NCBI RefSeq assembly: GCF_036321535.1
Contig: NC_087436.1
Coordinates: forward strand, 121,522,001 to 121,586,000
DNA: 64,000 nt
Reading direction: 5' to 3'
Source: Camelus dromedarius
Taxonomy: Eukaryota
Numbering within the stretch: position 1 is the first letter of the stretch; every line of letters begins with the position of its first letter. Under the pieces are notes generated by a model. It saw nothing but the letters and a program-made list of their open reading frames with translations, did not search any database and was not told where the DNA came from. Made by a program: the position numbers and the translations under genes. This document shows, in pieces, positions 21,901 through 30,046 of this stretch.

Positions 21901-23459
21901 TGGCTCTGTTGGTGGCGGAAAGAACGAGGTGGCCCTTCCTCTCGCCCCTGCAGACTATCCTGCCTGGCCGTGTGTCTGGCCCTGGTGGAGCGCTGTGTGC
22001 GCGTGTACGGCGCTCTGCCGTCCTTCCACGACATCGTGAGGCCCCTGAGAGCCCTCCTGACGGAGCACCTGGCCGACAGCAGCCGCCCCCGGGAGCTGCA
22101 GGTGAGGCCCTGGCCCGGCGCGGCCATTTCTGTGACGGGGCGGGGGGGCGGGGGACGGGTGAGCGCATTTCCACCGTTAAGATTCCAGCCCTTGAAACCA
22201 AGGACGGCACATGCACACCGTGAACACCGGTGGGAAGGAACATTAGAGTCGTGGGAAAACTAGCGAGAAGCCACAGTCCTGCTGAGCTGAGCTAGGACCT
22301 GCAATTTTATTTGAAGGTTGTTAACACTGTTCGGCGGTTCAGTGCCCCTTCCCCCCGCCCACTGCCCGCTGGGGCCTGGACAGCGGCTCCAGGCTCTGCA
22401 TCCCTCCCAGGCCACACGGGTTTTCTGAGGATGGGCCCACTATGCTGTTCAGGGAAGCCTGGAAGCTCCCACGTGTATGAATGGGCTTGTTCCCCAATGT
22501 GTGTGCCTCCGTGGGTTGGACTCCGGCCATGCCAGGCACTGTGAGGAGGGTGCGGGCCGCCCAGTCGTGCAGGTTCCCTCCCCTGTCAGCAGGAAGACGG
22601 GAGCCGATCCGGCCAGACATACAGCCGGTGTCTGTGAGCACAGCTCCTCCGTTCAGCAGCCCAGGCAGCCACGGCCCCGGGGAGGAGCGTCCGGCGGTCA
22701 GCGTGGGCTGGTGTGCCTTTCAGGAGCTGGGGCAGAGCGCACTGACGGAGATGGAATCTCACGCGCGGCTCTGCCGGCCGCTGGTCTGTGAGAAGAGCAA
22801 GCCGGTGCCGCTGAAGCTGTTCACCCCCCGGCTGGTCAGAGTGTGAGGACAGCGGGGCTCCCAGTCCCCAGTCCCGGGAGGGGCCCGGGAGGGGGGCCGT
22901 GGGCCTGGGCAGCCTTGACCTGAGGCCCCGCCGGCTCTGGGTCAGACCTGGGCTCCATGTCCGCCTCCTGACGCAGGCTTTCCGCTTTCAGCCTGGAGTT
23001 TGGGAGGAAGCAGGGGAGCAGTAAGGAGGAGCAGGAGAGGAAGAGGCTCATCCACAAGCACAAGCGGGAGTTCAGGGGGGCCGTCCGGGAGATCCGCCGG
23101 GACAACCAGTTCCTGGCTCGGATGCAGCTCTCGGAGATCACGGAACGGTGAGAGGCTTCCGGGCTGGGCTGGCTGCTGTGAGCCAGGGCGAGGGCCCGGC
23201 CCCTCCGTCACCTGGACGCAGGGGCTGGGCTGGGGCGGGGCAGGCAGCTTCCGTCACTGTGGCTCCACGTGCTTCTGAACCGCTCTTGGGTCAGATACAG
23301 GCAAGAAAAAGGCAAGACGTCCTCCAAAAACTAATCCAAAATGGCTTTTTTTTCCCAAGGGATGCGGAAAGAAAGCGGAAAGTGAAGCAGCTTTTTAACA
23401 GCCTGGCTACGCAAGAAGGTGAATGGAAGGCTCTGAAAAGGAAGAAGTTCAAAAAATAA
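3735..23459 (+). CDS. NOP14: Nucleolar protein 14 (SSU processome, Noc4 partner); complete gene, 18 coding exons, 2568 nt, 855 aa
   Basis: N-terminus MGKAR...NPNPFEVKVNRQKFQILGRK; C-terminus DAERKRKVKQLFNSLATQEGEWKALKRKKFKK*. All 17 introns GT-AG with consistent phases; summed exon length divisible by 3. Confidence 0.97.
4055..4150. mobile_element. MIR SINE fragment
   Basis: MIR-core-like tctgcgtctcagtttcctcgtctgcaaa; boundaries approximate. Confidence 0.55.
4683..5209 (-). mobile_element. Solo endogenous retrovirus LTR (~527 bp), antisense in NOP14 intron 1
   Basis: TG terminus at 4683; flanks gatg (4679-4682) and ggtg (5210-5213) as imperfect 4-bp TSD. On the minus strand, a U3-like CCAAT/octamer array, then TATAAA (4838-4833), then AATAAA (4765-4760). 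Family not determined. Confidence 0.75.
5600..5700. mobile_element. MIR SINE fragment
   Basis: ctgaagcctcagttttctcgttcctgaagtgagg...gttgtaagagttaaataa. Confidence 0.6.
6390..6660. mobile_element. MIR SINE fragments
   Basis: ctgtgcctcagtttcctcat and, in the opposite orientation, ccccatcttgcacatgaggaaactgagacag. Confidence 0.65.
7497..7631 (+). CDS. NOP14: NOP14 exon 2 (135 nt)
   Basis: tttcag|RTQTLLKEYKERDKSNVFKDKRFGEY...KRFALEQQ|gtatgg. Confidence 0.95.
8138..8279 (+). CDS. NOP14: NOP14 exon 3 (142 nt)
   Basis: gtcag|RQHEKKSIYNLNEDEELTHYGQSL...DRGALS|gtaagg. Confidence 0.95.
8380..8900. mobile_element. L2 LINE 3' remnant
   Basis: attcagcaaataatt...tatgtgccaggcactg...gcagtgaataaaa, typical of an L2 3' end; degenerate. 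Confidence 0.5.
10256..10398 (+). CDS. NOP14: NOP14 exon 4 (143 nt)
   Basis: tccag|ELTAAHFGGGDG...KSRKELIEELIAKSKQEK|gtgcgt. Confidence 0.95.
10913..11047 (+). CDS. NOP14: NOP14 exon 5 (135 nt)
   Basis: ccctag|RERQAQREDALELTEKLDQDWKEIQ...EKPQ|gtgggg. Confidence 0.93.
11817..11939 (+). CDS. NOP14: NOP14 exon 6 (123 nt)
   Basis: ccctag|PDAYDMMVRELGFEMKAQPSNRMKT...RRLE|gtacgg. Confidence 0.95.
12708..12839 (+). CDS. NOP14: NOP14 exon 7 (132 nt)
   Basis: ctcag|AERLRRMLGKDED...SADDLSDGFILDKDDRRVLSYK|gtgagg. Confidence 0.95.
13717..13987 (+). CDS. NOP14: NOP14 exon 8 (271 nt, acidic region)
   Basis: tcccag|DGKMNVEEELGG...ELPYTLA|gtgggc. Confidence 0.93.
14812..14942 (+). CDS. NOP14: NOP14 exon 9 (131 nt)
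   Basis: gacag|PESYEELKSLL...HPSLAVGNKAKLE|gtacgc. Confidence 0.95.
15470..15555 (+). CDS. NOP14: NOP14 exon 10 (86 nt)
   Basis: gcgcag|KLFGFLLEYIGDLA...IDKLV|gtaagt. Confidence 0.95.
16350..16504. repeat. Local direct duplication (65 bp x2, period 90 bp) in NOP14 intron 10
   Basis: 16350-16414 and 16440-16504 differ at 2 positions. Confidence 0.9.
16618..16753 (+). CDS. NOP14: NOP14 exon 11 (136 nt)
   Basis: aacag|HLYNLCQMFPDSASD...FPGLDV|gtgaga. Confidence 0.95.
17808..17909 (+). CDS. NOP14: NOP14 exon 12 (102 nt)
   Basis: ttccag|LIYLKIVGMLFPTSDFRHPVVTPALLCMSQLLTK|gtacgt. Confidence 0.95.
18274..18427 (+). CDS. NOP14: NOP14 exon 13 (154 nt)
   Basis: cacag|CPVLSLRDVLKGLF...QRFIPELVNFLLGIL...KQSQ|gtgagt. 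Confidence 0.95.
19912..20071 (+). CDS. NOP14: NOP14 exon 14 (160 nt)
   Basis: ttcag|YTLVHPFRALGRNSELLVV...EANHT|gtacgt. Confidence 0.93.
20370..20500 (+). mobile_element. L1 ORF2 fragment
   Basis: ggaggtagaagacttgtacagcgaaactgcaaaacactgctggaagaaat...ggaaacacatccctgttcgtgg resembles L1 ORF2. Confidence 0.55.
20690..21505 (-). mobile_element. Old L1 (L1M-type) 3' end
   Basis: Poly-T then aaaatttaccatcttaaccattttaa..., tggcttatttccctgagcataatgtc..., tgatttgcattttccagatcattagtgatgttgaacatc; hallmark L1M 3' sequence. Confidence 0.85.
21954..22101 (+). CDS. NOP14: NOP14 exon 15 (148 nt)
   Basis: ctgcag|LSCLAVCLALV...LPSFHDIVRPL...RELQ|gtgagg. Confidence 0.93.
22724..22842 (+). CDS. NOP14: NOP14 exon 16 (119 nt)
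   Basis: tttcag|ELGQSALTEM...EKSKPVPLKLFTPRLVR|gtgagg. Confidence 0.94.
22992..23147 (+). CDS. NOP14: NOP14 exon 17 (156 nt)
   Basis: tttcag|LEFGRKQGSSKEEQERKRLIHKHKREFRGAVREIRRDNQFLARMQLSEITE|gtgaga. Confidence 0.95.
23360..23459 (+). CDS. NOP14: NOP14 exon 18, coding part to TAA
   Basis: cccaag|DAERKRKVKQLFNSLATQEGEWKALKRKKFKK*. Confidence 0.95.
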
Positions 23460-25249
23460 GTCGTGTTTTATGAGTTAGACAAGGAGGTTCTGTGGAGTGA
23501 AGGTGGTAAGGGACGCTGTAAGGGCAGTGAGAGTTTCTCCCTGCGCTTCAGTTCCTGTAAAGACCTCTCTACTGAAGAGCTGCACTTTGGGAATTAGGAC
23601 CAAGCCTCTGTGAGAGCTGTGTGCGAATACACTGTAAAGACCTTTGTTCTTCGTGCCCAGACAAACCTCCGTTAGTCACAGTTGACTCTGGACAACTTCA
23701 TGTGTAGAATTTGGAGTGTTAACTTACATAAATTTTCATTTACAAATGAAATGAGTTTGCAAACAGTTTAGAACTCGCCCATGACCCCTGCACCCTAGCT
23801 ACCATGATTGGCCTTGTCCCAGTTCCATCTTAATTTGATGCCTGGGGGTGGCTGTGGAAGGTGGAAGGGCTGGGCGGCATCCACAGTGACCCATGGGGCA
23901 GTTCTGGGCCACAGTAATTTTCAGTTGGAAGGCCCAGAGGTTATGGTTAAGCTTGTAAGTTAACAAAGTGCCAACTTTTCCTCTGCTCTAACCAGGAGGC
24001 TTCCCAAGGACAAAGGAAGCTGGCTGCCCACCTGTCCGTGCAGCCCTGGGGCCATGGCCTTGCACAGGGCCACGTCCCTGAGTAGGGGGCTGGGGAGGGT
24101 GGGTCCCTCAGCCCCCATGCCCCGTCCCAGTCTCCTAGGGTGAGACACTGGGTCCTCATTCCCCAGGTGACTGCGGGTCACATGGCTGATGTCACAAGCC
24201 ATGGCCGCGACCATGGGGAGATTTGAGGGCTAGCCAGACTGGACAAGGAGGAGGTGACCAAGAGGGTGACCAGGCCCAGAATCTGGCTCTCCCAAACAGG
24301 GTGGTGGGGGGAATCAAGTTTGGAGGGTCCAGCAGTGTTGGAGCTCAGAATGCGAACACAGGGCCAGAACGCCCCTTGGTGGCAGGCCGGGCTCCAGCCA
24401 AGGTTGCCTTGGGTTTGAAACGGACCAATGAAGGGACCACATTGGATCAGGTACTTGTATCCTACCCGCCTCCCCAGGATTCTTGACAGGTGTGTGCCCC
24501 ACAAATCTCCGCAGCCCTGGCGCTGGTCAGCTCCACAGACAGGCCGCTTCAGCTCCTCGCTGTGTAGCCCTGGCCTGCTGGTAGCATCGTACGGGCTCGA
24601 GATCTCGTCCACGGGTGAACTCTCGTGCAGCTGTTGCTCCATTAATTCGCCAGGCCACAGGGCTCTCGGGCCCAGGCCTTGCTACTGAGCTGTGAGAAAG
24701 GAGCGTGCCAGCACCAACTCACAAAGCCCCAGCTTTGGATCGTGTGTCATCCGAGCATACTTGCATGTGCCCACCCTGGGCCTCTCCCTGACCTCTCCAG
24801 ACATAACCCTTGGAGATTCCAGTACGGACGTAGATGGCCGTCCAGCCCAGCCTCCTGCTCCTTGCAGGAGGTGTGTGTAGAATGGGCCCTGGAAGAAGGT
24901 GGTTATGAAACCCAGCTGTGACCACCTGGCTAGGTGTAGAAATGAGAGCTGTCCTGAGTATTTCGATATGAAAACGCATGTAGGTTATCCAGCTCTTCTT
25001 TCCCTCAGCCCCTCCCCTGCCGTCTAAGGTGAGAAGTGTTTAGGCTTCTCTCCAGTAGGCCAGTTTCCGGCGTCTAAAGGGGGCGTGATCGGCGGGAAGA
25101 GTTGAATGGCGCCCAAACCTGGATGAAGGAACGTGTCCTCTTTAGGGAAAGAGCTAACAGGTGTTCTTTGGGGTCAGAGGTGGGACAATTGCATGTTAGA
25201 AGTGTGAGTGCGATTATGTTTATTTGGGAATTTAAAGAGGGGGGTACGA

Positions 25250-26250
25250 GTGCCAAGTCGACAAGGGGTGGACCGTGGCGCTTCCACTTCCCGGGATGCC
25301 CTTCCCGGTTTGCCTCCGGTCGGCTCGGCTGGAGGCGTGGGTCTCGGGAGACGGGAGAGAAGCGGGAGGTGGTGCAGGCCGAGTGTCCTGCAGCCCGGAG
25401 CTCCTCCAGCTGTGCGGGGGTCTGCCCCCGGCCCCGGCCCGAGTGCGGCCGGTGGGAGCACCTGCTCCTCCTCACCCGCCTGTCCGGCCGAGACGCAGGT
25501 GCGGGCAAGCCCGCGAATCCGTGGTGCGTCTCGGCGGGAGTGGAGGGTCCGGTCAGGCTGGACCTCACCCTACAGCCCTCGGCCCGAGGTCCTCAGCGGG
25601 CAGGTCTCGTCGCCCCCTCGGGCGCAAAGTCTGGATAAACGAGACTCCGGCCTGTCGGGAACCTCCGTTCAGACCCCTCCTCGCTGGGACGCAGCTGCCT
25701 CGGAGTCCGGCTCGGGCCCCTCCCGGCGGCCGGAAGAGGAAGCGTCGGGACGTGCCCGTTTCCGGGTGTTGAAGCCCCGCCCGCAACTGGGCGTGGCAGA
25801 TCCGCCCGTTTCCGGGCGCGGCGGAGCCGGCCCGCCCATCCTGCCCAGAGGTCCGTCCTGTGTCTGTCGGTCTTTCTGTCTTTTGGTTCCGAGCGCGCAG
25901 CTACCGCAGGTGCGGAGCGGTGTCGGGGCGGGGCGTGCGGTCCAGGGTGGGCGGGGGTCGTGCTCTCCGGAGCGCGGGGCCGCCCCCTGCGCCCGCCCAG
26001 GTCCCGCCCCGCGCGCGGGCCTCAGTTTCCCAGGCCGTTCCGCACCGGGACGTGGGCGGCGGCGGGGAGGTGCCTGGGGCTGGGATGCTGCGCCCCGGTC
26101 CCGGGACGGTTGGCTTCTGGAGCTGCGGTTTCTTTGCACAACCTTCGCAGGCTGCGTTATTTGCTGCCCAGAGTCGGGGGCAGGGCGCACAGAAGTACTG
26201 CAGTGTTGGGTAACCGGCTCCCCCGGCAGATGCGGTCACTTGAGGCCAGG
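25250..26250. promoter_or_regulatory. CpG island promoter of MFSD10 (possibly bidirectional with an antisense lncRNA)
   Basis: CpG-dense; ETS/GABP-like CCGGAAG at ~25730 and TTTCCGG at ~25759 and ~25809; GC boxes; candidate noncoding exon donor CAG|GTGCGG at 25909/25910. Confidence 0.8.
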
Positions 26251-26395
26251 AGGGGCCCACAGTGGGCCAGCGAGCCCAGGCAGTACCAGTGGGACCCTGC
26301 CCTGTTCTGGAGCATGCAAAGACCCCTTGTGTTCCCCGTGTCCCCTTGGCAGGAGCAGCTCTGATACAGCCTGGCTTAGCCACAGGAGCCACCGC
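26225..26395 (+). repeat. Inverted repeat arm 1 (171 bp), partner 27472-27642
   Basis: Manual alignment to the reverse complement of 27472-27642: 164/171 identical, no gaps. Confidence 0.97.
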
Positions 26396-26502
26396 TTTAG
26401 GTGCGCGCTGGCTGTAAGCCAGTCGGGGGAAGGGTGGAGACGGCGACAGGTGGGAGACTGTTTCCCCCCGTGGTAGGTGGGCGTGGGCGCTGGGGCACCC
26501 AG

Positions 26503-26547
26503 ATGTGCCCTCGTGCAATGTGCCCTCGTGCAGTGTGCCCTCGTGCA
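26503..26547 (+). repeat. 15-bp tandem repeat x3 (RTGTGCCCTCGTGCA)
   Basis: atgtgccctcgtgca atgtgccctcgtgca gtgtgccctcgtgca. Confidence 0.95.
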
Positions 26548-26592
26548 GTCCCGCCACACGCTCAGCCAGGCCGGATCGGAGCAATCCCCATC

Positions 26593-26766
26593 ATGGGCTG
26601 GGGAGCCGGAGGCAGCTGCACCCCGCGCCCACCCATCCGCCAGCAGCCGGAATCCGAAACCCGCGTGGTCACCGTAGTCTTCCTCGGCCTTCTGCTGGAC
26701 CTCCTGGCCTTCACTCTGCTGCTGCCCCTGCTGCCCGGGCTGCTGGAGAGCCATGGCCGGTCCCAC
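26593..26766 (+). CDS. MFSD10: MFSD10 coding exon 1 (174 nt)
   Basis: atcATGg...LLESHGRSH|gtgagc. Confidence 0.92.
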
Positions 26767-29700
26767 GTGAGCCTCCCCCAGTCTCCATGCCCCTTCACTC
26801 CTTGCCCCCGTGCCATAACTGCCCCATGATTGCCCCAAGCCTTTCAGGGACACCCCCCCCCAGCCCGTCACACTTCCTCATCCCCCAGGATCCCCTCTAT
26901 GGCTCATGGCAGCGAGGAGTGGACTGGTTTGCTGCAGCCATCGGGATGCCCGCAGAGAAGAGATACAACAGCGTCCTGTTTGGAGGTATGGCCCTGAGCC
27001 CACATGGTGGGCCCACTTGGGTCCTGTCTTCCTGGCCCTGGCCGTCCTCCTTTCCCTGGGCGCCTGTCAATCTCAGGCTCTGGCCCTCATCTTCTCATTC
27101 CCAGGCCTGTCTGCCACCTTTCCAAGTGATGTCCACTTACTGTTGGGGCCACCTCAGCTGGAGGTCCATGGCCTGAGAATGCAGAGTCCAACCTGATCAG
27201 ACCCTTGTGGTGACTGACTTCTGTCTCTTCCAGGTCTGATTGGCTCAGTTTTCTCCGTCCTGCAGTTCCTCTCCGCACCACTCTCGGGGGCCGTATCTGA
27301 CTGCCTAGGGAGGCGCCCGGTGATGCTGCTGTCTCTGGTATGGGTGCCCACGGGTAGGGGCTCCTCCCACCCCACCCCACCCCCGCCCCGCAGTGCTCTG
27401 GGGAGGCAGCTGTGGGCCCTTCACGGTCCCTTGTTGGCCCTCACTTCCCCCTGGGGGTGGTGGCTGAGGGGGCGGTGGCTCCTGTGGCTAAGCCAGGCTG
27501 TATCAGAGCTGCTCCTGCCACGGGGACATGGGGAACACAAGGGGTCCTTGCATGCTCCAGAACAGGGCAGGGTCCCAGGAGTACTGCCTGGGCTCGCTGG
27601 CCCACTGTGGGCCCCTCCTGGCCTCAAGTGACCGCACCTGCCCTCGACCCCTGCCCTGAGGCAGGCAGGTCTGGCCACCTCGTATGCTGTGTGGGCTGCC
27701 TCGAAGAGCTTTGCAGCCTTCCTGGCCTCCAGGGTGATCGGGGGCATCAGCAAGGGGAACGTCAGCCTTTCTACTGCCATTGTCGCCGACCTGGGCTCAC
27801 CTGCCGCCCGTAGCCGGGGCATGGTGAGTGCACACGCTGGGGGCCGAGGGCTGGAGGGGCGCCTGTGTCTTCCTGCCTGGCTCAGGCAGCCTTCTCCCCA
27901 GGCAGTCATCGGGGTGGCCTTCTCTCTGGGCTTCACGCTGGGCCCTATGCTTGGCGCCTCCCTGCCCTTGGAGTCGGCACCTTGGTTGGCCCTGCTCTTC
28001 GCGATCTCTGACCTGCTGTTCATCTTCTGCTTCTTGCCGGAGACTCTGCCCTTGGAGAAGCGGGTAAGGTGGGAGCCAGAAGGACATGACTTGAAGGTGC
28101 AGAGGCTCGGCTCAGCTCCAGGGCCTGTAGGGGTGCCGGCCGTGTGTGCCAGCCCCATGGGCCAGGCTGGCCAGGCTGTCCTTTCCTGATGTCCAGAGGC
28201 TCTTGGGACCACAGGGCCTCCTGGGGCGCCTGGCTCCCCGGACCCTCTGCCCCCTAGGCATGGCAGGTGGATGGGAGTTTCAGGTCAGGCCCATCCCTGC
28301 ACTGCCCAGCCCGGGGACGCGGCCAGCTCCTGCCAGGGCCCTCAGTTCTGTCCTCTCCAGGCGCCCTCCGTCACCCTGGGGTTCCGAGCTGCTGCTGACC
28401 TGCTCAGCCCCCTGGCCCTGCTCCGCTTCTCTGCTGTGGCTCATGGCGCAGACCCGCCCACTGGAGTCAGTAAGGAGCAGGCCCCCTCGAGAGGGTGGGG
28501 CTGCGGCCCCCTCAGGCTGCCCCCCGGCCCTGACAGCCCCTCCCCGCTGCTCCCCAGGGCTGGGCAGCCTGCGCCGCCTGGGCCTGGTCTACTTCCTCTA
28601 CCTCTTCCTGTTCTCGGGCCTGGAGTACACGCTGAGCTTCCTCGTGCACCAGCGCTTCCAGTTCAGCAGGTGGGGGTGTGGGGCCCCTCCCGGAACCCGC
28701 CTGGGGACGCCCTGCAGGCTCCCCATCCTGGCGGCCCCCAGCCCGATCGCTTCAGGGCTGACTCCCACCTTGGCCCTGCCCCTGGGGCCCAGCGAGGATC
28801 CTGGGGCTGGCGGGTGACCAGCAGGCTGTCGCCCAGGCTGCTTGGCTCAGCGCATGAGAACAGGGGCACTGACAGCTCCCCCCTCGCAGCCTACAGCAGG
28901 GAAAGATGTTTTTCTTCATCGGCCTCACCATGGCCACCATCCAGAGCACCTACGCCCGACGGATCAGCCCTGGCAGGGAAGTTGCAGCTGTGAAGCGGGT
29001 ACGGGGGCTCCCCTGGACGTGGGGGCAGGGTGTCCTGAGCACTGGCCAAAGCAGCAGGGCTGGTTCTGAGATCTGCCGTGCCGCCTGCAGGCCATCCTGC
29101 TGCTCCTCCCCGCCTTCCTCCTCATCGGCTGGGGGCACACGCTGCCTGTGCTAGGCTTGGGGCTGCTGCTCTACTCCTTCGGTGAGTGGCCCTGCCGGGG
29201 CCAGGGGGGTGCGGTCATGGGCTGCTGGCCTCTCCTCTGGGCTGATGGGCGCCTCCTTGATGTCCCCCCACCAGCCGCCGCTGTCGTGGTGCCCTGCCTG
29301 TCCTCCGTGGTCGCCGGCTATGGTGAGAGGCCCTTCCCTTGCCCCAGGCCAGCCGGGCGGGACGGGCCGATGGGCACCTGACAGCCTCCCCCGCTCTCCC
29401 TGCAGGCTCACCCAGGCAGAAGGGCACAGTCATGGGCACGCTGCGGAGCCTGGGCGCCCTGGCCAGGGCGTTGGGGCCCATGGTGGCTGCCTCAGGTGAG
29501 GGCCACCGGACGGCACTCGGGGAGCACTGTGCACCCTGGGGGGGGGGTCAGGCCAGGCCACGGGGGCTGCCGGCCCCCGGTGAAGGCCATGCAGACCCTT
29601 CCAGCGCCCCTCAGCCTCCTGCGTCCGCTCCTGCCACGTCGGGGCCTGGGGCGCTTGTGGACAGGCTGGGCGCAGCGGCCATCATCGCCTGTCTCCCCAC

Positions 29701-29818
29701 AGTGTACTGGCTGGCTGGGGCCCGGGTCTGCTTCACCGTGTGCGCGGGGCTCTTCCTGCTCCCCTTCTTCCTCCTGCGGGACCCGAGGCCCCCGGCACAG
29801 ACACACAAGGCTGAGTAG
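26593..29818 (+). CDS. MFSD10: Major facilitator superfamily domain-containing protein 10 (TETRAN); complete, 12 coding exons, 1371 nt, 456 aa
   Basis: MGWGAGGSCTPRPP...VVTVVFLGLLLDLLAFTLLLPLLP; MFS motif A GAVSDCLGRRP; antiporter motif C GFTLGPMLG; all introns GT-AG with consistent phases; syntenic position between NOP14 and ADD1. Confidence 0.96.
26889..26985 (+). CDS. MFSD10: MFSD10 coding exon 2 (97 nt)
   Basis: cccag|DPLYGSWQRGVDWFAAAIGMPAEKRYNSVLFG|gtatgg. Confidence 0.94.
27234..27337 (+). CDS. MFSD10: MFSD10 coding exon 3 (104 nt)
   Basis: ttccag|LIGSVFSVLQFLSAPLSGAVSDCLGRRPVMLLSL|gtatgg. Confidence 0.94.
27472..27642 (-). repeat. Inverted repeat arm 2 (171 bp), partner 26225-26395
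   Basis: See arm 1. Lies in MFSD10 coding intron 3 and ends 22 nt before the next exon. Confidence 0.97.
27665..27823 (+). CDS. MFSD10: MFSD10 coding exon 4 (159 nt)
   Basis: ggcag|AGLATSYAVWAASKSFAAFLASRVIGGISKGNVSLSTAIVADLG...RGM|gtgagt; of three nearby AGs only this one keeps frame. Confidence 0.9.
27902..28063 (+). CDS. MFSD10: MFSD10 coding exon 5 (162 nt)
   Basis: cccag|AVIGVAFSLGFTLGPMLG...LPETLPLEKR|gtaagg. Confidence 0.94.
28361..28469 (+). CDS. MFSD10: MFSD10 coding exon 6 (109 nt)
   Basis: ctccag|APSVTLGFRAAADLLSPLALLRFSAVA...TGV|gtaagg. Confidence 0.9.
28558..28669 (+). CDS. MFSD10: MFSD10 coding exon 7 (112 nt)
   Basis: cccag|LGSLRRLGLVYFLYLFLFSGLEYTLSFLVHQRFQFS|gtgggg. Confidence 0.93.
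28890..28998 (+). CDS. MFSD10: MFSD10 coding exon 8 (109 nt)
   Basis: cgcag|LQQGKMFFFIGLTMATIQ...AVKR|gtacgg. Confidence 0.93.
29091..29181 (+). CDS. MFSD10: MFSD10 coding exon 9 (91 nt)
   Basis: ctgcag|AILLLLPAFLLIGWG...GLLLYSF|gtgagt. Confidence 0.93.
29275..29322 (+). CDS. MFSD10: MFSD10 coding exon 10 (48 nt)
   Basis: accag|AAVVVPCLSSVVAGY|gtgaga. Confidence 0.92.
29406..29495 (+). CDS. MFSD10: MFSD10 coding exon 11 (90 nt)
   Basis: tgcag|SPRQKGTVMGTLRSLGALARALGPMVAAS|gtgagg. Confidence 0.94.
29703..29818 (+). CDS. MFSD10: MFSD10 coding exon 12 to TAG
   Basis: cacag|YWLAGARVCFTVCAGLFLLPFFLL...THKAE*. Confidence 0.94.
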
Positions 29819-30040
29819 CTGAGCCGTGACCCCACGCTGAGGCCGGAAGTGGGAGGTCTGGGCCAGGACTGCTCCGCTGCCTCGTCCCTACCGGGGCCCA
29901 GCCCAGGCGGGCCCAGGACCTGCAGCCCCAGGGCGCCCACGAGCCCCGTGGACCTGGCCTGTCTACCCAGAGGAGCAGACACTACAACTTCTCTTTTCTA
30001 CTCAGTGCCACAGGGTGTCAGCCAGGCCTCTGAACGACGA

Positions 30041-30046
30041 AATAAA
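30041..30046 (+). terminator. MFSD10 polyadenylation signal AATAAA
   Basis: First AATAAA, ~220 nt after the stop, followed by T/GT-rich sequence. Confidence 0.75.

Noticed and set aside
24178..24660. 154-aa minus-strand ORF and a loosely self-complementary stretch at ~24570-24657
   Set aside because: No recognisable homology; pairing is imperfect and expected in GC-rich DNA.
25208..26476. 422-aa plus-strand ORF over the MFSD10 promoter
   Set aside because: GC-rich CpG-island ORF with no recognisable domain and a non-ATG start.
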